A program made the translations under genes and the position numbers. From positions 224,001-288,000 of the forward strand of contig OZ252243.1 of NCBI GenBank assembly GCA_965249555.1: a stretch of 64,000 nt of DNA, given 5' to 3'. The notes beneath the pieces were generated by a model. That model was given only the letters and a program-made list of their open reading frames with translations, had not been told where the DNA came from and made no database searches. This DNA comes from Nitrosopumilus sp. Lineage in GTDB: Archaea; Thermoproteota; Nitrososphaeria; Nitrososphaerales; Nitrosopumilaceae. Numbering within the stretch: position 1 is the first letter of the stretch; the number at the start of each line of letters is the position of its first letter. This document shows positions 28,940 to 39,724 of this stretch, piece after piece.

Positions 28940-29091
28940 AAATTACAACAGGAATAACGAATCTAAAAATCTGTCTAGAATTATGAGAATTTTGTAATTT
29001 TCTTATTTTCATAAATAATAGTACGATCAAGATCAGAAGTGGCAACTAAAGAGTAAAAAAGAAGAATTTCACTAATGATCTTGCAGAACGA

Positions 29092-29433
29092 ATGATGGAA
29101 TGGCTTGAAAAAGAATATCTTGGTAGAAAAGAGAGAGAATCACATTTTGCTAGAAGCGAATTTTTTAATTCGATAGGGTTCCCTGCCATATATGATGAAA
29201 AGGCTAGAGCTCTTCGTGAAAAAACTATTTCAATAGTAGATCGTATAATGGAGGAAAAAGAAAAGATGCCCAAATTAATTGATGAATGTATTCAATGGGC
29301 TGAAGAAAATAATTTAAAAAAACTAACTAAAGCTCAAATGACAGTATTCCTTGATGAAAAAGATTGCTCACTGACTTGGACTAATGATGATATTCTTTAT
29401 ACAAAAGTTAATTTCAAACTAAAATCAAAATAG
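29092..29433 (+). CDS. Hypothetical protein
   Basis: 113 aa ORF. Confidence 0.6.
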   Translation: MMEWLEKEYLGRKERESHFARSEFFNSIGFPAIYDEKARALREKTISIVDRIMEEKEKMPKLIDECIQWAEENNLKKLTKAQMTVFLDEKDCSLTWTNDDILYTKVNFKLKSK

Positions 29434-29770
29434 TAATCCATTATATCTTAAAAAACATGTCAAATTTATTGGAACTTGGAATCTGAAATTTAATGTAAAA
29501 AAATATCCTCAGGAATTCCAGGTTTTAAAATATATCAGAACAATGTCTTCTCATGATTTGACTGCAACTGTAGAATCAATTTGTAAAAGATTTGGGCTTG
29601 ATGAAAAAATGGTTCAGGGATATGTTACATTTCTAATTAGTATGGTGGAAATATTAGAACAACAAGAAAATAATGAAAGAATTTTTGTTACAGACAGATG
29701 GTTTGAGACAAAGAACTGAGGATCATATACTTATCAAAAGCGAGATTGAAAGAATTGAATAGGTCCTTCC

Positions 29771-29863
29771 AATCTCATGAAGAATGGAGAGAATCCGTTC
29801 TTCATAATTGCGTTTTGATTACCCGATTTGGTAATCGCGATTTTTGGAATCACGCAACAGATT
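29771..29863. ncRNA. Candidate structured RNA or DNA element
   Basis: 12-bp hairpin at 29777-29805 and a three-way junction at 29808-29857, closed by AATCT/AGATT. Confidence 0.35.
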
Positions 29864-29893
29864 ACCAGTATGGGGATGTAAAAACTAAGTGGG

Positions 29894-30244
29894 CTATATT
29901 ATAGAATTCTTAAAGTCACGTATTGATGTAAAGGCATGTTTTGCCTCATGGCCAATATCATGAATAGTGGCGCTATTGTATTTTTTGTCAAGATATCTTC
30001 CAGCAACTATCAACGGAGCGCCTACTGCACAAGTAACACCAGTAGGTTCAGGAACCCATAACATCAAAAATCCAATTTTTTGAAGTTTTTTACCAGGTGC
30101 AGAAGCTTTCTGAAGAGCGCCCAACGAACTAGTATTAGGTCCTTCATTCATTTTAGCCATATCTGTGTACAAACTTGCTCTGCGTTTAGCTGATTCAGCA
30201 GATTTTCGCAATTTGTCAAGTCGTGCCTTTAAGGGATCAACCAT
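29894..30244 (-). CDS. Hypothetical protein
   Basis: 116 aa ORF with a hydrophobic hairpin (PEPTG). Confidence 0.7.
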   Translation of the reverse strand: MVDPLKARLDKLRKSAESAKRRASLYTDMAKMNEGPNTSSLGALQKASAPGKKLQKIGFLMLWVPEPTGVTCAVGAPLIVAGRYLDKKYNSATIHDIGHEAKHAFTSIRDFKNSII

Positions 30245-30378
30245 TCCAGCCTATGATTTAGAAGAAGTTAGTTAAGATTCAAAGATCAATTACGGTAACA
30301 TCCAAGTCAACAAAGAGTAACTAAAATCGACAGAAGATAATCCAATTATACTAGATTTGATTTAGATACAAAGATCAC

Positions 30379-30843
30379 ATGAAACCTAAAAATTCAAAAA
30401 GACTGGATTCAATAAAAGCTGCCCATCAATCAGAGAGAACCCAATCAAGTACAAGGATGGAGGACTATTTGGAAATAATATCAGAACTAGTTGAATTGAA
30501 AGGTTATGCAACTACACTAGACATTTCAAGATACATGGATGTAAGTGCACCCAGTGTTACTAAGATGCTCCAAAGACTAGACGAGAATGGGTTTTTAGAA
30601 TATGAAAAATATCATGGAATTAATCTTACAGACAAGGGAGTGCAAATAGCTGAGGGAATTAGACAGAAACATGGAATCTTGTTGGAATTTTTTGAAATCT
30701 TAGGGGTTGGATATGATACTGCGAATCAAGATACCGAAGGAATTGAACACCATCTTAATCCAAAAACAATAAAGCAGTTAAGAAAATTCATTACTTTTCT
30801 TAAAGCAAACCCAAAGGTAATTGAAAATTTTAAAAATCTTTGA
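30379..30843 (+). CDS. DtxR/MntR-family metal-dependent repressor
   Basis: EDYLE.I, VSAPSVTKML and EGIEHHL motifs. Confidence 0.93.
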   Translation: MKPKNSKRLDSIKAAHQSERTQSSTRMEDYLEIISELVELKGYATTLDISRYMDVSAPSVTKMLQRLDENGFLEYEKYHGINLTDKGVQIAEGIRQKHGILLEFFEILGVGYDTANQDTEGIEHHLNPKTIKQLRKFITFLKANPKVIENFKNL

Positions 30844-32650
30844 TAGATATTTGAATATCATTTTGTGATGATGCAGAATTCATAAGATTTCTTGCAGCAT
30901 CAGAACGTTTTGGAATTTTTATCTGCCCTTTTTTGCCAATTCTTACTGATGTGACATATTCATTATTAACAGAAATATCAGCATGCATTGAAGTGTATTC
31001 TCTATCAACAGTTAGAAGCAGTGCGGTTTTTAATTCTGAATAAGTAAACGGTAGATCATTTGTTATTCCAGATGAATGGTTAGAATCCTTTTGAACCACA
31101 TCAATGTGCACTTTGAGAAATTTTTCAATTTCACTAATATTTGAGCCTCCTCTTCCAATAATAGAGGCGATACACTGCTCATCCACCATTACTTTAACTC
31201 TATTGGCAGATAAAATTTCAACTTCTGCATGAGGGTCATATTTTTTGAAAGTTTCTCTTACCTTATCTTCAGCAAGCTTTTCAATTCCAACTTTTTGAAC
31301 TCTTTTTGAGATAGGCACAATGACATTTTCTTCTCCAAATGTGTAGATTTCATGCTCTAAAACATTATCTGCAAAATTACTGATTTCAATTACAGGTCTT
31401 GCCAGATCAGATTCAGTCATTCCAGAAGGCACTTTTACTTTTAATTCCAAGTCAAGGACTTTTTCAATTATTCCATCTTTTACAAAGACTACAGTATCTA
31501 AGACACTTGGAATTATACCAAGCTCAATCTTTCCAATAAAACGTTGAATTGCATCTATGGGGGAATTTCCATGAACCACTCCAACCATTCCCACACCAGT
31601 TAACCGCAAATCAGCAAAGGTTCTAAAATCTTCTTGTCGTCTTATTTCATCAAAAATAGTATAATCAGGACGTACAAGTAACAAAATATCAGCACTGTTA
31701 TCAAAACTTCCATCCAATTTACTGTACTGAGTAACTCCAGGATCAACTTGCAAATCACGTGGTGATTCAAATGTTTTGACAATTTTTCCTTTATTATGAT
31801 AAAAATTTGCCAATCCTGATGCAAGAGTGCTCTTTCCAGAACCTGGAGCGCCAGAAATCACAATTCCCTCTGCCCTATCAGAGAAACGCTCCATTAACTC
31901 ATCAGAAATGCCATAATCTTCAAGAGATAATTTTACGATTGGATGAACAATTGTTATTTCAAAAGATTCAGAAAAAGGAGGATGAGTAATTGCTATACGA
32001 TAATCACCGTGTTGAATTACGGATGCACCAGTCTTTGAGATCTCAATGTTGCTTGAATCAGATGCACGTGCAGCATCCAGAATTTGCGACGAAATAAACT
32101 CCAGATAATCTTTAGAAAGTATATCATCATTAAGCGTAGTTAATGAAAAATTACCAGGCTTTCCTCTTTTTGCTAAAGGATGTTGATTTTCTTTTAGATG
32201 AACACTCATTGTCTCAGCATCAAAAAATTTTAAAAATTCTAATGTTTCATTTTTAATAATAAATTTAAGAAATACTGTTTCAACATCTTCAGCTTGTGCA
32301 ACTAGATGTTGAACATTATCTGATGTGTAAAGAACAGCATTATTTTGTTTAGCCATATCAGTGATGAGAGCATCAATTCTACCACTGTTTGCAAGTCTAA
32401 TATCATCAGCAGAAGGATGAGATCCCTTCAAAACTATATTCAAACCATAACCTCCAGATAATTCTTTAAGTTTTTGAATTTTTTCTAATCCTGCAAAACC
32501 TTGTTTCTTTTTACCAGATGCTTGAGATTGTAATTCATCAAAAACTGCTTGAGGAATTATAATTTCAGAATTTCTAATTGAACCTGCTTCTATCTGTGCA
32601 ATTAGTTGGCCATTAATTATAACACTAGTATCAGCAACAATTTTTGACAA
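30830..32650 (-). CDS. PINA-type ATPase (PIN, P-loop and KH domains)
   Basis: VADTS, GAPGSGKST, ESPRDL, DEIR and IIGRGG motifs. Confidence 0.92.
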   Translation of the reverse strand: MSKIVADTSVIINGQLIAQIEAGSIRNSEIIIPQAVFDELQSQASGKKKQGFAGLEKIQKLKELSGGYGLNIVLKGSHPSADDIRLANSGRIDALITDMAKQNNAVLYTSDNVQHLVAQAEDVETVFLKFIIKNETLEFLKFFDAETMSVHLKENQHPLAKRGKPGNFSLTTLNDDILSKDYLEFISSQILDAARASDSSNIEISKTGASVIQHGDYRIAITHPPFSESFEITIVHPIVKLSLEDYGISDELMERFSDRAEGIVISGAPGSGKSTLASGLANFYHNKGKIVKTFESPRDLQVDPGVTQYSKLDGSFDNSADILLLVRPDYTIFDEIRRQEDFRTFADLRLTGVGMVGVVHGNSPIDAIQRFIGKIELGIIPSVLDTVVFVKDGIIEKVLDLELKVKVPSGMTESDLARPVIEISNFADNVLEHEIYTFGEENVIVPISKRVQKVGIEKLAEDKVRETFKKYDPHAEVEILSANRVKVMVDEQCIASIIGRGGSNISEIEKFLKVHIDVVQKDSNHSSGITNDLPFTYSELKTALLLTVDREYTSMHADISVNNEYVTSVRIGKKGQIKIPKRSDAARNLMNSASSQNDIQISIKDF

Positions 32651-32687
32651 GTTTTCTATCTATTTTGTTATAAATTTATTCCCTAAA

Positions 32688-32867
32688 TTACTTTGCTAAA
32701 ATTTCAGTTATTGCTTTTAAGACACCATTAAAATCAAATGGTTTTGAAATATAAGATGAGGCACCACATTCCAAACACTGATTGGTAACTTTTTGATCAT
32801 CACTTGCAGTAATGAGAATAATTTTTGCTTTAGGATCAATTTGCATTACTTCTTTGACAACAGTCAG
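32688..32867 (-). pseudogene. C-terminal half of a CheY-like response regulator
   Basis: LTVVKEVMQIDPKAKIILITASDD…GASSYISKPF…*; the N-terminal half is missing. Confidence 0.75.
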
Positions 32868-33210
32868 TCATGGAAATACAATGCGATATTCAACCCACCA
32901 AGCTGATGTCAGAACAATTAATGAAGTGAGTGCTTTTGTTCTTCCAAATAATCAACATCCAGAATTATTTGATCCTAGACAACAAGGAGCATTAAGAGAT
33001 GAGGACTTGGCAGAACAGGATATAGAATGTGAAACACTACGTGAAAATTTTAGTGTTTATAAAATGGATAATAGTGATGTTGTTAGTTTGAAAACCGTTG
33101 TAGGTGAGATTTCTAAATTTAAAATATACACTCGTACTGGAGAACCTATTTACAATGTTCATCCAACACCCGTTTTAAAAATTAAGAAACAAGAACAACA
33201 AAAAAGATAA
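32812..33210 (+). CDS. Hypothetical protein or fragment (start uncertain)
   Basis: ORF whose 5' end overlaps the receiver remnant. Confidence 0.35.
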   Translation: MRIIFALGSICITSLTTVSHGNTMRYSTHQADVRTINEVSAFVLPNNQHPELFDPRQQGALRDEDLAEQDIECETLRENFSVYKMDNSDVVSLKTVVGEISKFKIYTRTGEPIYNVHPTPVLKIKKQEQQKR

Positions 33211-33947
33211 GCACAAACATACATTTCAATTCTCTTAATTATTATTACTTCATTAGTAACCACAAGTTATAATCATAATTCTTGAGAGGTTTATGTCATT
33301 CCTGTTGGTCAAGCAACGTACCTTTGATACTAGATAGCTTCCCTATCTGCAATGCCTGCAAGTGCAAGAAATTCTTACACTTGGATAATTAGCTTTATGT
33401 ACATACATTAATTCCAAATGATAATGAAATTAATGATGAAAATAACCACAATGACTTCACTGGCCATTCTGATGTTAATACCAATGTCAGCTATGGCACA
33501 AACACCAGGACAAGAAGATCTTATCCAAGAACTGTAAATGAATGGTTACCAGAAAATCTAATTTTTGTAATACTTTAGATGTAAGTGGCGAAATATCCAT
33601 TGCCAATCTTTATTCATACAATAACATCTATTGATAAACTAATGTATAACAGCCAAGTTATTATTTTTTGCAATGACTTTTATAAAAATCCAAATCTTTT
33701 TTATTTTCTTCTATTTCTTTAGCAGTAAGTCTTCTAGAGTCATATTCTAAAAATGCGTTAACTGCCTTTCCCTTAAGTTTTAATGTTTCTTCCATCATTT
33801 TTTATCACCTATATTTGCCCATTGTCAAACTCATTTTGGTATAATATAAAACAATAGCGATTAACATTTCTCACATGTAATACATATTTTTGAATTTCCA
33901 TTAAGATTAGACGACTCACCTACTTTCTTCCCACATTTGGTGCAATG

Positions 33948-34287
33948 TATGATCAAGATAGAATAATGCAAGTAATGACAAATCTAATCAAAAACAGTTT
34001 AGTTGCAGTTCAGCCAAATACAGGTAAAATTGAAATTGTAATGGAGAATCTTCCTACTGAGATAAAAATAAACATAAAAGACAAGAGTGGGAGTTTCTGC
34101 AGAAAAACAAAAAGAGTTATTTAAAAAATTCTACCAAGTTGACGCCACACTTACCAGAGAAAGAGGTGGAAGTGAATTAGGTCTTGCAATATGTAAAGGA
34201 ATTATTGAAAACCACAGAGGAGAAATATCCATGAGGAATGTGATAAATCAGAGAGCCAGTCTCATTTACACTTCCAAAAGCATCTGA
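33948..34287 (+). pseudogene. Histidine kinase HATPase_c remnant
   Basis: DQDRIMQVMTNLIKNS (N box), IKD then frameshift then GVS (G1), LFKKFYQ, GGSELGLAICK (G2). Confidence 0.8.
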
Positions 34288-34377
34288 GCATCCCATAAAT
34301 TCTGCTTAAAGAAAACATACTTTCAGAACTAAAATTACTCACTCTCTTGAAAAAATGTACATTTAGCCAAAGAAAGC

Positions 34378-34518
34378 ATGATACAAGAAAGCAGTAAAAA
34401 TAGCGAATTTTACAAAAATTGTGCAGAGTATTTTGAATTTCTACGTAAAAAAGGCACAACAGACTATGATTTTGAAGATGAATACTACTTTACAATGCCT
34501 GCAATTTCAAATCAGTGA
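34378..34518 (+). CDS. Small hypothetical protein (46 aa, not in the ORF track)
   Basis: MIQESSKNSEFYKNCAEYFEFLRKKGTTDYDFEDEYYFTMPAISNQ*. Confidence 0.5.
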   Translation: MIQESSKNSEFYKNCAEYFEFLRKKGTTDYDFEDEYYFTMPAISNQ

Positions 34519-34558
34519 AATACAGAAGATTTAGGAATCCCCCTAAATGTCATAAATC

Positions 34559-35980
34559 ATGGATTCATGCCTACAAGATCTGGCCGATAAAGCAATTAGA
34601 TATGCAACAGATTCTGGGGCTCAATATTGTGACGCCAGGGCAGAACAGCAAGAAAGAAAATCAGCACTAATTGAGAATGGAGAGACAGAGCATGTTAGAA
34701 CCAACAAGGATGTTGGAATAGGAATTAGATTAGTAAGAGAAGGAGTTTGGAGTTTTTGTTCAATTACAAATCCAAATTCTGTTGAACAAATCAAAGAGAG
34801 GGTGGATGATGCTCTCAAAAATTCGTCACATTATGCAAAAAATAAAAAAAATAAAATTAATCTATATCCAAATTCTGTCAATAAAACTAGGATAAATTTT
34901 CCAGTATTAAAAAAACCAGAATTAGAAGAATTAATGAAGATTGGATTTGAATGCAATAAAATTATTTTAGATACACCAAGAATTATCAAATCAATTGTTA
35001 ATTCATGGTATACGACTAATTCAAAATATTTTGTAAACAGTGAAGGCTCAGAAATTATACAAAATTTTACAGATGTAGTAGTAGATATGGTAGCTACTGC
35101 TCATGAATCAGGACTCACACAATCAATAAACATAACAGAAGGAGGCAGAGGAGGAATGGAGCAAATCAGTAATAAAAATAAGATTCAACAGAGTGCACAA
35201 GAGATTGCACTAAAAGCATCACAGTTAATTGATGCAAAACCTGCAAAAGAAGAAAAAACAACAGTTGTAATGAATCCAGATTTTGTATCATTACTTACAC
35301 ATGAGATATTAGGTCATCCATCAGAAGCAGACAGGGTTTTAGGAAAAGAGATGGCGTGGGCCGGCGGTGCATGGTGGAAAGGAAAGATTGGGGAAAAAAT
35401 TGGATCAGAGAAACTAAATGTGTTTGATGATCCCACCATCAAAGAAAGTTTAGGATGGTATTATTTTGATGATGAAGGAGTAAAAACTAAGAAAACCACA
35501 CTTGTTGAAAATGGAATTTTAAAAAATCATATGCAAAATAGAGAAACTGCAAAAATTTTTGATACACCATCCACTGGAAATATGAGGGCAACAAACTACA
35601 GATTCATGCCTTTGATTCGTATGGCATGCACCTGTATTGGAAATGGGGATTGGAATGTTAATGAGATGATAAAAGAAGTCAAAAATGGCTACCTAATATC
35701 AAATATGAAGATTCCCTCAATTGACATGAAACGATACAATTGGAGTATTTCATGCCAATACGCACAAAAAATTGAGAACGGTGAGATTACAGATTTACTA
35801 AGAGACGTAATTGTGATGGGGACAGCCCCAGAATTTTTTGAATCAATTGACGCTTGTGGAAATGATTTCACCATAAGACCAATAACTAATTGCGGAAAAG
35901 GGGATCCTATGCAATCAATGATAATGGGTAATGGTGGACCATCAGTACGAGGAATTGCAACAGTAAAGAGTGTAAATTAG
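34559..35980 (+). CDS. tldD: TldD/PmbA family metalloprotease
   Basis: HEILGHPSEAD, FDDEG, RM and CGKG.P.Q motifs. Confidence 0.93.
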   Translation: MDSCLQDLADKAIRYATDSGAQYCDARAEQQERKSALIENGETEHVRTNKDVGIGIRLVREGVWSFCSITNPNSVEQIKERVDDALKNSSHYAKNKKNKINLYPNSVNKTRINFPVLKKPELEELMKIGFECNKIILDTPRIIKSIVNSWYTTNSKYFVNSEGSEIIQNFTDVVVDMVATAHESGLTQSINITEGGRGGMEQISNKNKIQQSAQEIALKASQLIDAKPAKEEKTTVVMNPDFVSLLTHEILGHPSEADRVLGKEMAWAGGAWWKGKIGEKIGSEKLNVFDDPTIKESLGWYYFDDEGVKTKKTTLVENGILKNHMQNRETAKIFDTPSTGNMRATNYRFMPLIRMACTCIGNGDWNVNEMIKEVKNGYLISNMKIPSIDMKRYNWSISCQYAQKIENGEITDLLRDVIVMGTAPEFFESIDACGNDFTIRPITNCGKGDPMQSMIMGNGGPSVRGIATVKSVN

Positions 35981-35983
35981 AAA

Positions 35984-36577
35984 ATGAATCAAGAATTAGA
36001 GACAATTAAACAAAATGTCATAAAATGCACAAAGTGTGATCTTTGTAAAACAAGAACCAACGCAGTGCCAGGTAAAGGAAATTTTCAATCAGATGTGATC
36101 TTTGTTGGTGAGGCACCAGGAAGAAACGAGGATAAAAATGGGGAACCATTTATCGGAGTTGCGGGAAAAAAACTATCCATTGCACTTGACGAAGCAGGAA
36201 TTTCAAGAGAGGATGTCTACATCACAAACATTGTAAAGTGCAGACCGCCAAACAATAGAGTTCCAAATACAAATGAACGAGACACATGTAAAGAATATCT
36301 AAAACAAGAGATATCCATAATCAAACCAAAAATTATTTGCATTTTAGGAAATACTGCATTTAATTCAATTTTAGGAGGATCTGAGATTATAAAATTCAGG
36401 GGCAAAGTAGTACGAAAAGACAATTTATTATATTTTCTAACGATTCATCCAGCTGCTACAATATACAATCAAAAATTAATTGATGTATTAAAAAATGATA
36501 TCATAAGACTGTTTGAACTGATTAAAGAATTGAAAAATAACAAAGGGGTCACAATAGATATTGAATATACTTCCTAG
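35984..36577 (+). CDS. udg: Family 4 uracil-DNA glycosylase
   Basis: CTKCDL, GEAPG..E…G.PF.G, KCRPP.NR and HPAA motifs. Confidence 0.95.
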   Translation: MNQELETIKQNVIKCTKCDLCKTRTNAVPGKGNFQSDVIFVGEAPGRNEDKNGEPFIGVAGKKLSIALDEAGISREDVYITNIVKCRPPNNRVPNTNERDTCKEYLKQEISIIKPKIICILGNTAFNSILGGSEIIKFRGKVVRKDNLLYFLTIHPAATIYNQKLIDVLKNDIIRLFELIKELKNNKGVTIDIEYTS

Positions 36578-37112
36578 AGAATTTTATTTGAAAAATACAG
36601 TTACTGTTGCAAAAAATCTTCTAGGGAAAAGAATTGTCAGAAAAATTGGCAGACAGGAGATATCAGGGATAATTATAGAAACTGAAGCATACAGACACAA
36701 GGATGATCCTGCAAGTCATGCATTTAGAAAAATTACTGAAAGAAACAAAGTAATGTTTGGAGATGTCGGAATGGCTTATGTTTATTTCACCTATGGAATG
36801 CATTATTGTTTTAATGTAGTAGCAAAAAATCCAAAAATTGCGGCAGGCGCAGTTCTTATTCGTGCAATTCAACCCGAAAAAGGAATCAAGATAATGCAAG
36901 AGAACAGAGGAGATGTAAATGTGAAAAGTCTCACAAATGGACCTGCAAAATTAACTCAAGCCTTGGAAATAACAAAGGAACATTATGGTGTAGATTTAAC
37001 AAAGCATCCAAAATTATTCATTACAGATGGAATAAAACCAGTAAAGATTTTGGCATCACCAAGAATAGGGATTAAAGAAGCAACTGACAAGTTATGGAAT
37101 TTTAAAATTTAA
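36561..37112 (+). CDS. 3-methyladenine DNA glycosylase (MPG/AAG family)
   Basis: IIETEAY, YVYFTYGMH, AVLIRA, GPAKL and RIGI motifs. Confidence 0.93.
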   Translation: MNILPREFYLKNTVTVAKNLLGKRIVRKIGRQEISGIIIETEAYRHKDDPASHAFRKITERNKVMFGDVGMAYVYFTYGMHYCFNVVAKNPKIAAGAVLIRAIQPEKGIKIMQENRGDVNVKSLTNGPAKLTQALEITKEHYGVDLTKHPKLFITDGIKPVKILASPRIGIKEATDKLWNFKI

Positions 37113-37303
37113 TCTTCTTCTGGATTGTTTTCGTCTAGAGTCCATGGAGCCAATTTCCCCACAACTCGTACCCAATCCAACCCCAAAAGCAAAACTACAA
37201 TTGCAGTCATTATTGCTCCAGAAATAATAATTCCAATGTAAACAGGTGTTGCATCATCAATGGTTGCCACAAAAGGTTGCTGCAACAGATGCTGCTGCGC
37301 CAT
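37109..37303 (-). CDS. Small membrane protein
   Basis: 64 aa with one TM helix. Confidence 0.55.
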   Translation of the reverse strand: MAQQHLLQQPFVATIDDATPVYIGIIISGAIMTAIVVLLLGLDWVRVVGKLAPWTLDENNPEED

Positions 37304-37662
37304 ATTTCTTAACTAGTCTCTCAAATGGACGCATTCTCTTTCGGGTTTTTTCACTAATTTCTCCCACGAGAGCTAACAAAAAATATAGTTTGTTTTGCCG
37401 CAGTGGCAGTAATTGCAGACAGTATTGCTAAAACATGCAGATCATACGAGTCACCAACAGACATTGCAGCAAGCAACAAAAATCCAGATAAAGGAAAAGG
37501 GCACAAGTGAGCCAATGAAATTGACTAAAGCCAAACTGGGATAACCTACTTTTGGAGCAAACGGAGATAGGTCAGCAAAATCCACAGATCAAACTATTTT
37601 CAGGCATTATTTATTGAAAACAAATATTTTCAAGGCTTTAAACAAATGAAAATGAAGCAATA

Positions 37663-38175
37663 GTGGTAATGAGTTATGAAATAATTATGGAATATTATCA
37701 ACAGATACAGGATATTCTAGCTAATAATGCATTTCAAGATTATGGAATAATTGGATTATTTCTCAATTCATTGTTGTCAGCTACTGCAATACCATTGCCG
37801 ACTGAAATTTTGACATCTGCTTTACTGATAGGTGGAGAAAATGTGTTCTTTGTTGGTTTTGTGTTAGGTTTAGGATCTATAATTGGTGGCGTACTGAATT
37901 ATTTTATTGGATTTGGCGGAAACAAACTAGTCAATAAATTCAGGAAAAAGAAAAACAATAATGATGTCAAACATGAAAAGAAAGGCAACAAATTACTTGA
38001 TAAATTTGGTTGGGGGGCAGTGTTTTTTTCATCATGGATTCCAGTGATTGGAGATTTTATTTTAATTTCTGCTGGTGCAAAAAAAATGAAATTTGCCAAG
38101 TTCATTGCATTTATGGTCACAGGTAAAATGGTAAAGACGATTGCTGTGGTATCAGGATTTGCGTTAGTCTTTTGA
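37663..38175 (+). CDS. DedA/YqaA (VTT domain) membrane protein
   Basis: PLPTE, GSIIGG..NY.IG and IPVIGD motifs. Confidence 0.85.
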   Translation: MVMSYEIIMEYYQQIQDILANNAFQDYGIIGLFLNSLLSATAIPLPTEILTSALLIGGENVFFVGFVLGLGSIIGGVLNYFIGFGGNKLVNKFRKKKNNNDVKHEKKGNKLLDKFGWGAVFFSSWIPVIGDFILISAGAKKMKFAKFIAFMVTGKMVKTIAVVSGFALVF

Positions 38176-38288
38176 GATGTATTTCAATTGATGTACGATT
38201 AACGTCAATGTTAAACAGGATTTATGAAAAAAGTTCACGCTAACATTGAAACAATCATTAAAATATCATATTTTTACAACCAAATCAA

Positions 38289-38663
38289 ATGACTAATAAC
38301 GACTATGAAAAAATTTGTGGCAACATAGCAGCCATAAGTCCATTTATCAGATTTGTAGGCGTGGTTGGCGAGAGTGGAGAGTTAATGGCATATAGAAGAA
38401 GAAAAGACCTAGAACCGCTTTTGGATGCTAAAAATACAAAGTATCAATTTTCACATATTGCAATAAAGACTGATCTAGAAGGATTTTTTGATAAGAATTT
38501 AGGAGAAATTGAATTTGTTTGGGAAGAAAGGACAAAAGTACAGATCATTTCTTTTGCAATTAAAAAAGTTAGAGTATGGATATCAATTGATAAAAAAGTT
38601 TTAAGAACTGAAATGTTAAGAATCATAGATGCATGTTTACCAATTGTAAAAATACATTCTTAA
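38289..38663 (+). CDS. Roadblock/profilin-like hypothetical protein
   Basis: IRFVGV…GE.. and LGEIEF…R.K patterns typical of a thaumarchaeal family. Confidence 0.6.
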   Translation: MTNNDYEKICGNIAAISPFIRFVGVVGESGELMAYRRRKDLEPLLDAKNTKYQFSHIAIKTDLEGFFDKNLGEIEFVWEERTKVQIISFAIKKVRVWISIDKKVLRTEMLRIIDACLPIVKIHS

Positions 38664-38703
38664 GCATCAAACAAGTTATTGTGGTCAGTAATTCAATTTA
38701 GAA

Positions 38704-39642
38704 TTATTTTTTGTCCTCATAAAGCCAACATCTAACATAACCAGTTTTGGTTTTGAATTTTGGAGGAACCTGTTTACATTTGTCAACTACCAAAGGACAC
38801 CTGTCTATAAATCGACATTCTGTTGGCGCTTCAAGTAAGCTTGGAGGAATTCCTTTGATGTATTTTGGAGTACCTCCTTTTAGTGTAGGGATTGATTCTA
38901 AGAGTCCTTGAGTGTAAGGGTGTTTTGGATTTTTGTAAATTTCTTGTGAAGAACCAAATTCCACCATTTGTCCACCATACATTATTCCAATTTTATCTGA
39001 AATTTCAGATAATACTGCCAAGTCATGCGTGATTAGCATAAAAGACATACCACCTTTTTTGAGGTTTTTTAATAAATTCACAATCTGCGCTTGAATTAGT
39101 ACATCAAGTGCAGTAGTTGGTTCATCAGCAATTACAAATTTTGGCTTGAGAAGAAGGGCCATTGCAATAACTACCCTTTGTTTCATTCCGCCACTTAGCT
39201 CATGAGGATATTTTTTCAAAACAGATTCATCAAGACTGACTGAATGGATTGCATCTGAAATTACTTGTTTAATATCACCATCAAAGTTATGTTGTTTTAG
39301 AATTTCAAGGAATTGTTCTTTTATAGTATAAACAGGATCTAGCGAATTCATCGCACCTTGAAAAACCATCGAAATTTTTTTCCATCGATATTCTTCATCA
39401 AAATCAGATTCCTTCATCTCTAAAATGGATTTACCATCAAAAAAAATCTCACCTTCAGTCTTTCCACCAGAAAGCATTCGAATAAGAGATAATCCCAATG
39501 TACTTTTCCCACACGCACTCTCACCTGCAATTCCTATTGATTGTCCATCTTCTAATTCAAAATCTACATCATCAACTGCATAAACTGGATCTTTGGATGT
39601 TGTGTATCTTGCAGATAGTCCTTTAACAGATAGGAAGGTCAT
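38704..39642 (-). CDS. Oligopeptide/dipeptide ABC transporter ATP-binding subunit
   Basis: GESACGKS, LSGGMKQR, DEPTTALD, HPYT and CRF..RC motifs. Confidence 0.93.
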   Translation of the reverse strand: MTFLSVKGLSARYTTSKDPVYAVDDVDFELEDGQSIGIAGESACGKSTLGLSLIRMLSGGKTEGEIFFDGKSILEMKESDFDEEYRWKKISMVFQGAMNSLDPVYTIKEQFLEILKQHNFDGDIKQVISDAIHSVSLDESVLKKYPHELSGGMKQRVVIAMALLLKPKFVIADEPTTALDVLIQAQIVNLLKNLKKGGMSFMLITHDLAVLSEISDKIGIMYGGQMVEFGSSQEIYKNPKHPYTQGLLESIPTLKGGTPKYIKGIPPSLLEAPTECRFIDRCPLVVDKCKQVPPKFKTKTGYVRCWLYEDKK

Positions 39643-39724
39643 GTATATTTTAGATCCAAACTAGAATTTCTGTTTTGCACTAAGGGATATAAACGACTTT
39701 ATCAGAATGAAAAAGTCGATTCAA

